Of a DNA stretch of 64,000 nucleotides, positions 39,570-52,974 are shown one piece after another. Every line of letters begins with the position of its first letter. Within the stretch, counting starts at the first letter, position 1. The DNA comes from Eledone cirrhosa. Its lineage: Eukaryota. Under the pieces are notes generated by a model. It made no database searches and was not told the origin of the DNA. It saw nothing but the letters and a program-made list of their open reading frames with translations. The position numbers were made by a program, and so were the translations under genes. The stretch covers positions 405,542,001 to 405,606,000 of the forward strand of contig OZ024740.1 of NCBI GenBank assembly GCA_964016885.1. Direction: 5' to 3'.

Positions 39570-39955
39570 CCAGTAACATTTTCTACAAATGTAAGGTCGA
39601 AACATCCATGTCCTGTAGGGCCTACATAGGGTTAACCGCCAATAGATTCAAGCAGCGTCTTTACATGCACGCCCATTCTTTTCTTAACCCTTTAAGAAGG
39701 ATTGTGACTTCACTTTCAGCTTATATCTGGAGTCTAAAAGACAACCACATCCAATATAGGTTACACTGGGAGATCCTAGCTAAAAGCTAGATCGTATAAC
39801 GGAAATAAAAGACCATGTGATCTTTGCGCCGATGAAGCCCTGGAAATACTCTACGCCAATTACCACATCTTAAACAAAATATCTGAGGCAATTTCGGCTT
39901 GTAAACACAAATTGCAGAAAACTTTCCTGTATTATAACCCCGAATTATACTCTAA
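39570..39955 (+). mobile_element. PLE GIY-YIG fragment (same type as 18390-19600)
   Basis: YIGLTANRFKQRLYMHAHSF...TSLSAYIWSLK...LHWEIL, followed by CDLC. Confidence 0.75.
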
Positions 39956-40908
39956 CGGATAGTACAATACGCGGATAATTTACGTCTTGATGTGGTAGCT
40001 AAGTATATTTTATGTTTATACCATTACTTATTTGTATAGGTAAGTATATCTTACCCGTATGTTTTGTGTAGGTACGTATACTTTCTTGTACGTATATATG
40101 CTTGTATTAGTTAGAGGTGTATATATTATATTATATATACTGGTATATGTGTATATGGTTATGCATATATGTGTATTTTGCGTTTGTGTGTATATGCATG
40201 TATGCGTGTTTGGACGTATGTAAGGTGTATATATGTGTACATTGTGTTTTGGTTGACGTACATTTGGTGAACATATGTGTATTTACTTGATGGTTTGTGT
40301 GTGCATGCGCTATATACGTATTTATGTGTGTATATTTATATACATTTATATAATTATATGTATACACACATACACACATATATATTTTTTTTATGTGTAT
40401 TTGGTGTATACGTTCGTATGTGCACGGATACATGTGTCGTGCGGGTTTATGTATGTGTGCGCGTGTTTATGTGTACGTGCATGTATATGCATGCATGGCG
40501 GGTGTTTTCGCGTTTGCACGTGTATGTACGTATATGGATGCGTGTATGTATATATTTAATTATTATTGATTTTAATAACCTCTGTCATTTTTGTTCTACT
40601 AATTTATTTACATTATTCTTAACTCTGAAGCCAAGAATCATTCGGTTTCCTAAATAGAATATTAGTCTACGACTTCATTTATACGATAAATTGTTCTCAT
40701 CGCTCCACATAACGACGTATTATCTTCGCTTTTTTCCGCTCATTGCAAGGGAATGTCTTCACGAACCAAAGTATCGTCTTCTTGTTTTCCTTCGGTTGCA
40801 ATGTTTTTCGAAATATTTACTTTTGCGTTCACAGATTGATTTTTTTAGTTTCAGAAGATCCCGTTAAGGGTGTAAGCAGCGATTCTTTGCTTAAACTTTA
40901 ATCTGTTA

Positions 40909-40952
<44 letters not shown>

Positions 40953-41191
40953 CACATTGCTCCAGTTTACTCAGCTGTAGAAATGAGATGATAGGGACTG
41001 GGGTCCTTATCATTCCATTGCAAAGTGGTCGTGTAGGTGCCACGGCAAAAAAGCACCCAGCACTCACTGTAAATGAGGTTGGTGTTAGGAAGGGCATCCA
41101 GCTGTAGAAATCAAGCCAGCATCAGTTCCCGTCCCACCCTTGCAAGCAGGGAAAAAGCGGACGTAAAATGAATGAAATGATGATGAAATGA

Positions 41192-41267
<76 letters not shown>

Positions 41268-41339
41268 GTTGAGAAATACTGCTATAGATATGGGTCTTTG
41301 TTGGGTGTAAAATGTTGGGATCATTCAAGATGGGAGATG

Positions 41340-42305
41340 AGTAACAAAAACATCACAAAGCAGCGTGTCAGTGAGAATGAGGATGTTGTTGGGAATAGTG
41401 TGTTAGAAGTGACACTGATGCACTTAGCACCACTGATGCTCAAAAGAAAGAAGCCTGGAAATGTTACTATGAGAGACTAATGAATACAGAGAATGAATGG
41501 TAAGAGGAGAGACTACCCCCCAACTTACTCAACAGAAGGACCAGCCATTGAAATTGACAGTTATAGTGTCAAAGAAGCAATTAAGGAGATGAAGAATGGT
41601 AAAGTTGCAGGACCATCAGAGATAGTTGTTGAGAGGCTAAAAGTATCGAGAGAAGTAGGAGTCAAACTAGTAGCCTGCATAGTAAATCAGGTTATACAGG
41701 ACAGTCATTACCCAATGACTGGCACAGCAGTACAATCATAAATTGCTACAAGGGCAAAGATGATGCTCTAGAAAGGGGCAACGATAGAGGAATAAAACTA
41801 GTGGATTAAGTTAGGAAAGTGACAGAAGTAATTATAGCGCAGCTAATTAGGGAAAGAGTCAAATTAGATGAGATGCAGTTTCGTTTCATACCTGGGAAAA
41901 GTACTACAGATGTCCTCTTTTTAGTGAGACTACTACAAGAGAAGTTCCAAGCCGAGAATAAGATGCTATATTTAGCTTTTGTTGATCTAGAAAAGACCTA
42001 ACAGAGTACCTCATCTATTATCTGGTGATCCTTAAGGAAATTAGATATAGAAGGATGGCTTGTGAGAGTAGTGCAAGGCATGTACAGAGGAGCTGTCAGT
42101 AAAGTGAGAGTGGGAAGTGAGTTTAGTGAGGAATTCAAGTTTCAGGTAGGAGCCCAATAGGGCTCAGTGTTTAGCCTACTACTGTTAATCATAGTTCTCC
42201 AGGCCATAACAGAAGAGATTATGACTGGCTGGTCATGGGAACGTCTCTATGCAGATGACCTGGTCCTTATAGCTGAATCCATAAAAGAACTAGAGAATAT
42301 GTGTG
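41340..42305 (+). mobile_element. Degraded RTE RT fragment
   Basis: KVAGPSEI, DEMQFRF, AFVDLEK; tatgcagatgac (YADD) at ~42248. Confidence 0.8.
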
Positions 42306-42757
42306 GAAAATGGACATAAAAACAATAATGATGATGATATATATATATTTACATTTAACAAGTCATTACTATCTAGACTAAAGTCACGGACCTGTTGCCA
42401 AACTCTCTACTCTGTGTTGAATGTGTGTGTGTGTGTGTATATATATGTATGTATGTGTGTATATATATATCACTCAGTCAAAACTTCAACCCAATTCTCT
42501 ACTCTATGTTGAATGTGTGTGTGTGTGTATATATATATGTATGTATGTGTGTATATATATATATATGACACTCAGTCAAAAAAACGACCAAATTTCAACC
42601 CAATGTCTACAACAACACCGGCACCAATGTCTACAGCAACAACAGAATCAGAATGAAATGAACACCAACATCAAGAGGAACTACACCAATATCAAATGAT
42701 TAAAAAACAATAACAAAAACAACAAAAACATCAACTGACACCACCACCATCACTTAC

Positions 42758-43445
42758 AGTAGATGTACAGGGAAATTTGACAGTAGAAGTCGCATTGAAA
42801 GACACATTTTTCAAATGCAGATGGGTGCTATAGAAGTGGTTGTTAGCTACCAGTACCTAGGTGATCAGATTAGCATGGGAGGCTGGTGTTCCGAGGCCAT
42901 AGTATCTAGAATAAGGACGGGTTGGAAGAAGTTTAGGGAGCTGCTGACGAAGAAGGGTTTCTCCCTGCGTACGAAAGGCCGGTTATATGATGCCTGTGTG
43001 AGGTGTGTGATGCTGCATGGTAGTGAGACATGGGCAGCAACTGCAGAGGATATGCACCAGCTGGAGAGAAATGAGGCAAGCATGCTCCGTTGGATGTGCA
43101 ATGTCAATGTACGTGAACGACCGAGCATGAATGTGTTGAGAGAGAAACTGTGTCTGAGAGGGATAAATTGTAGTGTGCGGGAGAGGAGACTGCAATGGTA
43201 TGGACATGTGATGCGCATGGAGGAGGACCGATGGGTGAAGAAGTGCCAGGAGATGCCAGTTGAAGGAAGACGCAGTAGAGGAAGACCACAAAAAACATGG
43301 GCAGAGGTGGTGAGAGCAGACCTCAGATTGCTGAAACTCACGGTGGAGATGACGAAGGACCGTGACAAGTGGAGAGATACTGTGCTGAATAGAACCCGTC
43401 CCACCCTTGCAAGCAGGGAAAAATGATGATGATGATGATGATGAT
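42758..43445 (+). mobile_element. RTE 3' fragment
   Basis: ORF 42815-43426, nearly identical to 27150-27793; (GAT)n tail. Confidence 0.9.
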
Positions 43446-43563
43446 ATATATGTATATACATGTGTATGTGAGGATAGAACCAATTTATAACTAGTTAGAT
43501 CATTACTCAACAGAGTACTCAATACTTGGGATAGTAGAGTATGGCTATATTATAAAGAGTCAT

Positions 43564-43658
43564 GGCTCGACGGCTGAGCTCTTGCTGTTTCAATAGCTAG
43601 TCCCACCAGACTGTTAATCAAAAGGGCTCATAGTTGACTGTCCATAACATCAGAGGCG
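43564..43658 (-). ncRNA. Degenerate HHR with extended stem II
   Basis: Minus strand: gcct-CTGATGT-TATGGACAGTC...GACTAGCTATT-GAAACAGC aagagctca GCCG-TC; one core substitution. Confidence 0.5.
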
Positions 43659-43779
43659 TGGCTTGTCCATATAAGGGATATAAGAGTATACACTTTCCAT
43701 CCAATTGTAAATTTTCTTTCTAGGATATTGCAGAAAAGTTTTAGAATGAATTGATTGTATTTTATATATACTAATACAC

Positions 43780-44690
43780 AGGGCCCTGTAGAAACAGTAG
43801 ACAGCTTCTGCTACCTAGGTGACCGAATTAGCAACGGAGGTGGGTGCTCAGAAAGTACAATAACTAGGGTAAGAATGGGATGGAAGAAGTTTAGGGAACT
43901 ACTACCACTGCTAGCTGCAAAAGGCTTCTCTCTCAGAATGAAAGGCAGACTGTATGATGCGTGTATCCGAACAGCGATGTTGCATGGTAGTGAGACCTGG
44001 GCGCTGAAGGTGGAAGACTTACGTAGATTAGAGAGAAACGAAGCCTGCATGCTCCGATGGATGTGTAACAGTAATATACATGAACGACAAAGCATAAAGG
44101 AATTGAGAGAGAGACTGAGCATAAGAGGAATCAAATGCTGCGTGCAGGAGAGGCGGTTACGCTGGTATGGACATGTGATGCGTATGAAGGATGACAGCTG
44201 CATAAAAAGGTGCAGAGCACTAGAAGTTGATGGAAACCGCGGAGTGGGGAGACCCAAGATGACTTGGGATGAGGTGATAAAAGCCGACCTTACCCAACTA
44301 CACCTCTCAAAGTCAATGACACACGACCGTGACTTCTGGCGTCACGCAGTAATACAGGGTACCCGACCTCCCATGGGTACATGCTGAAGCATATAAACAA
44401 TATGCCCCCACTCCCCCCACCGCAAGGTGGTCGTGGAGGTGCCACGGCAAAAAAGCACCCAGCCCACACTGTAAAGTGGACGTGTAGGCGCCACGAAAAA
44501 GCACCCAGCACTCACTGTAAATGAGGTTGGTGTTAGGAAGGGCATCCAGCTGTAGAAATCAAGCCAGATCAGTTCCTGTATGAGCAAGGCATGGTCAGCC
44601 GACCAGACACTGCCCACAACAGGACAACCCGTCTAACCCATGCTAGCGTGGAAGAACGGACGTAAAACGGTGATGATGATGATGATGATT
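43780..44690 (+). mobile_element. RTE 3' fragment
   Basis: ORF to 44387 with FCYLG, HGSETW, RLRWYGHV, GRPKMTW; (GAT)n tail. Confidence 0.9.
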
Positions 44691-45293
44691 CCTACACTTT
44701 AATATATTTGGGGAATGGCTGTGTGTGTGTATGTGCAGCTGTGCAAGTGTGTATGTGTATGTGTGTGTTTATGGGTACATCTGTGTGTATCTGTATGTTT
44801 ACTTACTTATGTGAGGATGGATGAGATGGAATATTTAAGAGGATGTAGAATTATATTACTTGAAAATTTATAGGTGTGTGTGTATGTCTACCAGCAGGCA
44901 TGTTTTTGTCATTTGCAGAAAATAGAGACAAAGAATTAACACTAAGTTTGTCTTGGGTACCTATGTGTGGTTGGGGAGGGTGGTGGTGCCCACGTGTAAT
45001 TAGATATTGATAGTTCTGTAATTGAGTGACTGGATGAGTATTGTCGTTTTAATGCCGGTATTGGATTGGTGTTGTGGTGTTAACCTTTTTAGGAGTAATC
45101 CTGTATGGCTTAAGAGTTAGATGTGCTGCTTGGGTTGGTATATATTGAGTTGCTTATGCGCTAGCGACATGTACAGTTAATTCTGTGGTGTCAAGTAAGG
45201 ATATGTGTATGTAAATGTGGCCCCATCGGCACAGGTGCTTATGTAAGCACTAGATCTGGATGAACAGTTTATACCCTTATATGGACAAGCCAT

Positions 45294-45384
45294 ACCCCTG
45301 GTGATATGGCCAGTCAACCCAGAGCCCTTTTGGTTAACAGTCTGGAACTAGCTGTTGAAACGACAAGAGCTCAGCTGTCAGGCC
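45294..45384 (+). ncRNA. Degenerate HHR with extended stem II, inverted partner of 43564-43658
   Basis: ccc-CTGGTGA-TATGGCCAGT...ACTAGCTGTT-GAAACGAC aagagctca GCTG-TC-aggcc. Confidence 0.5.
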
Positions 45385-46039
45385 GACTCTTTATAATATA
45401 TTAATTACTTCTCTGAGTTTGATCAATTATCTGTATATTTTATCCTTTCATTGAGATGTCCAAGTATTAGAGACAAATAGCTTTTTAATGGTATAAGCAA
45501 CTCCTTCATTATAGAGTAGATTTAGATGGGGTTTTGGTGCTATTTCTAGTGTCACTATAGGCCTGTCATATTGTATTAATATATAGAGAGATATATGTTC
45601 ATTTAGTTGTTCAATGACTCAATGTGTTGGACACCATGCAGTTTCGGCAACAACATGGACTATATACTTTTTATTCAATATCTCCTCTTGTTACAAAGAA
45701 TCCTCCCCCTGAAGACAAAATCAAATTCTTCCAGTATTGGTTGTTTCAATGTTTTGAAATAATTAATATCTTTTCTCGATTCCTTGCTTGGGGAACTATA
45801 TGAGTAAAACTGACTTATTTTAGTCGGTATAGCTTATATCACCCCAAATTGAGATTTTGACTTGAATTTAATATGTTTGTATATATAAATTGGAATTTGG
45901 TCTTTGTATTTATTATTGTTACTATATATATATATCATCATCATCATCATCATTTTACGTCCGCTTTTCCCTGCTTGTAGGGATATATATATATATATAT
46001 ATCCCTCTCTCTCTTTCTGTGTATATTTGTGTATATATA

Positions 46040-46190
46040 AGAAGGCCGAGGGTGCCTTAGTATCACTCAGCAAGACCTTTGTCAGTCGCTCTCCAGCTAT
46101 CTATTTAAAGCTGTATATAGCTATGGTGCAGCCACACTTAGAATTTGCATCACCAGTCTGGAACCCCTATTTTGCTCAGAAGATTGACCT
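46040..46190 (+). mobile_element. Internal CR1 fragment
   Basis: Nearly identical to 4178-4330 (SLSKTFVSRSPAIYL...EFASPVWNPY). Confidence 0.85.
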
Positions 46191-46576
46191 CCTATATATA
46201 TCCCCTCACTCTCTTAATCTCTCTATAGGGTTGGGAAGTCTTTTCAGTTGTGTCATATATATAACCTAGGTTGGTACTCTACATGATAGACGTACCCACA
46301 ACATGCTGTAAAGTGTTTGGTGATAGGAAAGGCACCCAGCCATAGAAAACCTGCCAAACAAAGGGTCAGAAGGACTCTTTAGCTGTGTCATGGACATGAT
46401 AACTTCCCTAGTGTTGGTGCCATGATAAAATGTGGGATCATGTATCTATCTCCTGGCTCACCTAAAGGTGAGAAGCTCCACTGATTAGTCTATGATGTCT
46501 CACCCAGCCTTTGTTAGCCACAAAAATGGACATTAAATGATGATGTTGATGTTGGTAATATACATCAATAGGATGA

Positions 46577-46630
<54 letters not shown>

Positions 46631-47029
46631 TGTTTCTACTTTAGGCACAAGGCCAGCAATTACCCAGTGCATTACTGGTACTTTATTTTATCGACCCCAA
46701 CAGATACCAGGTAACATAAACTCTTTCATTGTCTTCATTTAAACTAAATTTTACATTCCATTTTGTATTGTCTTAGCCTTCTTAAAACATATAATTATAC
46801 ACAATACTTCAAGCAAACTACAACATTCTATTATATATATATCAGCATCATTGTTGTTTTAACATCCACTTTCTCTGCTAGCAAGGTTTGGACAGGTCCA
46901 TATAGACCAAGTCATTACTGAAGTGGAGCGCCTTATCTCCCAAGTAGGCCAAGGACCTGTGTGTTTATGTACAGTCTCATGTTCCATCAAGTGCTCAGCA
47001 GAGGTTGTTATGCTTTCGATAATCAACAT

Positions 47030-47550
47030 CATCACCGTTTAATGTCCATTTTCCATGCTACCATGGATTAAATGGGTTGTCCTGTCAGATCAGATGACTA
47101 TCTTGCTCATACAGAATCATCTGTGGCTTGGTTTCTACAGCAGGATGCCCTTCCTAACACCAACCATAATTAGTGTGGACTTGGTGTTTTTTGTTGCATT
47201 ACCAAAACAACCACTTTACAGTGTGGACTTGGTGCTTTTTGTTGTGACACCAACACAACCAGTATCCTGTGTGGACTGGATGCTCTTTGCTGTGTCATCA
47301 ACCTGACCACTCCACAGAGCAGATCTGTCATACCACCACATGACCACTTTACAAGGTTGGCTGGGTGCCTCCTGCCATGTCCTCAACATCACCACCTTAC
47401 TGGGTGGACTGGGTGCTTATTTATCATGTCACCAACATGACCATCCTGTAGGTAGGGTTAGGTGCTCTTGACACCAACACAAACACCATACATGGTGGAC
47501 AAGGGGCTTTTGTTGTGTCACTTGCATGAGCACCTTACATGGTGGACTGA
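47030..47550 (-). mobile_element. Old RTE 3' UTR with degenerate internal tandem repeats
   Basis: catgctaccatggatt, ggatgcccttcctaacaccaacc and repeated gtggact..gtg..ttt motifs. Confidence 0.6.
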
Positions 47551-47910
47551 GAGATTTTAGCTATTTAAACAGCATTGTGAAAGAGTGTTTTCAGCTTTCC
47601 ATACTTGTATACATGGCTGGTCAAGAGAAGTGTATCAGATGTGGGTAGCTTATTTTCATCTTAGTATCCAAGCAGAGTTAACCCCTCTGAAGTCAGTTAA
47701 TAAACCAAAAACAGACATTAGGGTGCTCTCCCTTGGTTGCTTAAGACCAGTGGTGACATCCACCACTTCTAATATTCATAGCAAGGCTGTAAAAATATTC
47801 ATTTACATGAACATTTCATATATGATTCAATATACAACCCCAGTCACGTATCAATCATGCTATGTCAGAGCATCACTACCTCTCAAATATATATATATTT
47901 TAGGAAGAAA

Positions 47911-47977
47911 ATATTCGACCACAAACTCCTGCAGTTTCTGCTCATGACTTCACACACACAAGTGTCTTCAGGAATAT
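47911..47977 (-). ncRNA. Type I hammerhead ribozyme with stable stem III
   Basis: Minus strand: ATATTC-CTGAAGA-ca CTTGTG..CATGAG ca-GAAA-CTGCAG gagt TTGTGG-TC-GAATAT. Stem I 6 bp, stem III 7 bp including G-U, GUC site; mismatches at the base of stem II. Confidence 0.75.
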
Positions 47978-47988
47978 ATATATACCCT

Positions 47989-48260
47989 AGGCACATGGCT
48001 GAACAATAAGGGTGTTGGACTTACGATCATAATGTCGTGGGTTCGATTCCTGGGCTGGGTTGTGTGTTGTGTTCTTGAGCAAAACACTTCATTTCATGTT
48101 GCTCCAGTATATTCAGCTGAAAATGAGTACCAGCTGGGAGTTTAACCCTGCAATGGACTGGCGCCCTGTCCAGGGGGGGGGGGGGGGGAGTCACTTCACG
48201 CCATGAAACCGGGATAAGCACTAGCCTAACGAGCCTTCTGGCTTGAGACAGACTTTAGAC
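47989..48260 (+). mobile_element. tRNA-SINE family B
   Basis: A-box-like tggctgaacaa, B-box gggttcgattcc, then a tgtgttcttgagcaaaacactt core reminiscent of conserved SINE central domains. Confidence 0.7.
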
Positions 48261-49727
48261 TTTCCCCACCCTTTCTTTCTCCTATGGGCTGGCCATTGTA
48301 TATCTGTTATGATGTTTTGTTTGCATGTAACACTTCTCTCCAAATCATGCCACCTCACATTTAAAAAATTTAATCACATGAACTGCTTACATTGCTATAG
48401 CAATGTAATTATTTGCATGTCACAGAGATAGCAGTTCATATCAGAAGAGAATATACATAGCAAGAGAGTAATATTTGTAGCTATATTGAACTATACAGAT
48501 GGCATAAATTATTGATTATGTCCTATATTTTTAAATCTTAAGAAATGGATAATATTGGTTATAGGTGTCAGATATTGTTTCTTTGTTAATGTGTTGGTGA
48601 TAAATTGGCAGTGTTATTAGAGTGGAAAACAAAATACCTTCTAATAGTTATTCTGACTCTCTGCACTCTGAATTTATATTCTCCTTCCATCCTTTTGGAA
48701 TTTATACCAGTGCAGGGCAATAGTAGAGCTGTTAAAGTATCAGATAAGCTACTTTGCAGTATTTGTTTTAACGTTTTGCATTCTGGGTTCAAATTAAAGT
48801 GTCCTATTTGGATGGTAAATTTAATCCTTAATTTGTAATCAGATTTAATTCCACTATCTGGCCCTTTGGTGCCTTTAGTAAAGTCCACTCTATTGCAAGC
48901 ATCTAGTTTGAGGATACTTTATTTCTCACCCATCCACCAGTATCAGAGGCCCTGAAGAGAGTCATGGGCATTGCATTTCCCTACCTAAAGAGTAAAACAT
49001 ATTGCTGTTAGTTTCCTTTTCTTTTTTTTTTTATTTTGACTCAAAACACTTACAATTTAAAATTGAAGGTAGTTGTGACAATCCTGTTTTTGTTTTCAGT
49101 CATAGTTTATCCGTGACTACATAATTTAATGTGTCCTTCCCTTTTTAGCATGGTGTGATTTGTGGGAAATTTGGCTTATTTGTCACAAGTCAAACAATAC
49201 TATCCCAAGAAAAAGTTGAGTTAGTAATATGAATTCTTTTACTTACATATATAACCATGAAACCTTTTAAAGCTATTATGGATTATGTTTATTAACAAAT
49301 ATTTCAGGATATGGTGTGATTTTTAAACAACAAAGGCTAAATGAGGTTAGGAGTGCCTAGTTGAAGTTATCAGATACGTTAATCCGGGATATTAACACAG
49401 AAGTGTTAACCTCAACAACAATGTGAAATATGTGTAATTACCATATGGTGATTTTCAGTTATCATAAAAAACTAACATCTGTTAAAAGTATGATTTTAGT
49501 TACATATTCCTGAGCTGTGATGATGTAATGCTGTTAATTTGTTAATTTTGAATGAAACTTTGTTACCACAATCATGTTACAATATATTTTCAAAAAACAA
49601 AAACAACCTTGATAATTGTGTATGGATCTACTGATTCCAAAAGAGTAATCTTACTCATGGCACTATTTACAGTAAAGTGTCTTGGCCACAAATTACATCT
49701 ATATTTGGCATCATTATCATTATTTTA

Positions 49728-49920
49728 GGTCGGTGGATTGGCAGTATCGGAAGAGAGTCGGACACCATGCTTTGAAGCATAGAGTTACGTCCCTTTACGA
49801 TCTGAGTTCAAATCCCGCCGAGGTTAACTTTGCCTCTCATCCTTACGGAGTCGATTAAATAAAGTACCATTAATGTACTGGGAAATTACTGGCCTTGTGC
49901 CTAAAATAGAAACAATTATT
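49728..49920 (+). mobile_element. tRNA-SINE family A with TSD
   Basis: attattttaggtc duplicated on both sides. Confidence 0.8.
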
Positions 49921-52107
49921 ATTTTAGGTCCGTTTTCCATGCAAGCCAAAGGTAAACTGGTCACCATGGATTGAGTCAGTTTTTATTCTGAATGGCTGCC
50001 CTCCAAGATGGACCACATCTCACTTGTACATTCCATTTTGCGAATGGTTTCTACAGGACACCCTTCAAAACAACAATTACTTTACATAGTGTACTGGATG
50101 CATTTTCTCATGGCACCAACACTAGAGAGGTTGTCATTTTCTTGACAAATCTAAATAGTTCTACATTGTTTTCATTCAATTACCAACCATTTTACAGAAT
50201 GTATTAGCTGCATTTTACTGTGGTCCCATCACTAGAGTGATTACATAAGTAAATAACTCATACATCTTTTGTGTCAAACATAGAATATACTATTTAACAC
50301 AGTGAAATACAAGATTGGTACATCATCATTACATTTATATTCATTTTTCTATGCTTGTCTGGGTTAGATGAGTTCTCCTTAGTTCAGCTTCCCTCCATCT
50401 GTCATATTCCTCTGTGACATTCAGTTTCTTCTTTGGTCTACCTCTTCAGTAGCTTACTTCTATTTTGAACCTCTGGAATTTCTTCACCTGTCATCTTCCA
50501 TACTCATCATGCAGTGCAATTTTTTCTCTTGCACACATCTGCTTCATCTTATACATAAGTTTTCTTTGAGCTCATGTGTTTCGTTGTTCATGCACACTAA
50601 TGCTATACAACAGAGTGTGCTCATTTTGTTTTCAAAAACCTTCTTGAAAGTGTATTCTAATTTTTTCAGTATTAAAGGATTTAAAGCATTTTATAAAAAT
50701 ATAAGGAATCAAATAGTGACCTCCCCAAATCAGAGAGTATATAGAGAAGATAAGGATTGATCATAATTACAATATATATTGGTGTACAAGGTTACTAAAG
50801 ATAAAACAACTCAAAGATTTCTCTGTCAAAAAAAAAAAAAAAAAGTTTTATTTTATGCATCATATATGATTACAAAGAACCCCCCCCCCAACACAGAAAG
50901 TGTTTTACAGATTACTTTTACTTTCATATAAATGTAGCCTTAGACATCACAACAGGAATGAAGTTTTCCATGCCACCAATTCTCAATTTCTTGTATTGTA
51001 AGTCATGTGATTGCACCGGTAGGATGTCACCAGGATTTAAACAAACAAACACTTTTAAGTAGTATGTGTTCAATCTTACAAAATATATTTATTAAAACAA
51101 CTTTATACATAAAGACCATTGCTAGACAACATTTTCCATAACAAAATTTTAAACCCACTGTGCAAGACAACCTTGATTTTGTAATTTTTAAAATATAATC
51201 AGATGTCATCTTATACACAGATACAGGAAATAAAATTTTCACACTGATTTGTTGTCAATATATTTAAATACAGAAAAAAAAAAAAATGCTTTCATCATTG
51301 AAAATAAGTTATCTTGTAAGAGGTTTTAATTTAAATTTACTTTCTTGTATTGTAAGCGAAAACCAATAATAATACTGAAATATTGTGAAACACGAAAGGG
51401 GAAGACTAAGCTCATGATAACGATGGTTAAAAATAACTAAATGCATGAAAATGGATTTCACATTGTCAAGATTTTGTAGTTGTTCATAAAAAAAGTAATT
51501 GTTTATTCAACATTTAAAACGTAAAATATATGATTAGAAATAGATTTGGAAAACAATATTTTGTTTATCTTTAAAATAATTACTGTGAATCAACTTTTAA
51601 CTACCACATGAGCAATGTCCAGGGAAAGCATATAAGTATATAGTCATATATACTAATATGACTATATACTACTACTACTTATTTAACTACAGGAAGGTGA
51701 AAGTGAAAGTTAAATCCAACAGTATTTGAGCTCTGAAACAAAATACTATCATCAGTTTAGTTTTTAACCAAATATTATTTCTAAATACCTATTCGTTAGA
51801 ACAATGTAAAGGAATGCACTAAAGGAATAAGCTCTCAAGAAGTAAAAAGCATAGTTGATAAAATTTCACTTGTGTTATTAATCATCAATTTTCTGTCTAG
51901 ATGTTCAAGATCAGTGATCCCTGTCCTCTATCATAAATAGAAGGGTTGCAATGCTAAGACCTTATCAGTCCTTGATGTTGTTGGACCTGGATTTTTTTAT
52001 CTGCCTTTTCTTCACTCTCCTTCAACTGTACTCTGGAGAATGACTTTGGATAGGGAGTTGTGGCGGGATAATTGTCCATATCAGATAAGCTTTCATTATT
52101 TTAACAT

Positions 52108-52182
52108 GTCGGGGTCGATAAAATAAAGTACCAGTAATACACTGGATAATTGATGGCCTTGTGCCAAAAGTAGAAATAATTA
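52108..52182 (+). mobile_element. 5'-truncated SINE A with TSD, in the probable 3' UTR of the lipase gene
   Basis: attattttaacatgtc duplicated on both sides. Confidence 0.75.
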
Positions 52183-52974
52183 TTTTAACATGTCATTATA
52201 TACTTGGTGAAAAATTGTAAAATACCAAATACTCTTTAAAATATTAGGCTTGCAGACTATTCAAGAAAGTTATTTAGTATGTGAACTATGCAAGTAGAGC
52301 AAATTCAATCCTCCTTTGTGGCAACTCATACTTTTTGCTGAATTCATAAATGAATCATATATTGAAAACATTACATTAAGTCAATGACTTAAGCCTTAAT
52401 AAATTTACTGGGCTTCACAGAAAATACTGATAAAAATATGCAATGTCATCCAATGGTTAAAAAAAAAAAAAAAAAAAAAATCTCACAACCGAGATTTTTT
52501 AATTTTTTAAAAGATGATATTAATTATAAATCATAATCAATTGATATCAGTTACATAGAAACCTTAATTTTTTTATCATTTTGTGATAAAAAATGCTTAA
52601 GGACTTATATGAAATTTACTAACATCCTATTAAATGCTAAATTAAATAAAAAAAAAAAAAAATAAAATTAAAAAAAAAAAAAAAAAAAATTCCATAATTT
52701 TTTAGAAAAAAAAACAAAAACATCTTTGACACCATTTCAAAAGATGTTAAGATGAAGTACATTAACTTATACAAAAATCATGACATTTAAAAAAGAAAAA
52801 AAAAATATTTAAAAATGATTTAAGGATTTCAAGCACAAAATTGAAAGGGGTTGTAAATTTCTCCAATTATCGTTTGTGTTGAATAAAATGCAGATCAATA
52901 CGTTGAGATATTCTTTTTTTAATAAATGCTTCAATATTGTATAAAAATAATTTTTATTTTTCTCTGTAAAAAAT

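Noticed and set aside
40850-40895. HHR-like CAGAAGA-TCCC..GGG-TGTAA downstream of a PLE fragment
   Set aside because: Both core boxes are mutated and no stem I was found.
45704-45794. Possible HHR (TCCCC-CTGAAGA...GAAA...GGGGA)
   Set aside because: Stems II and III do not pair convincingly; at best a heavily decayed copy.
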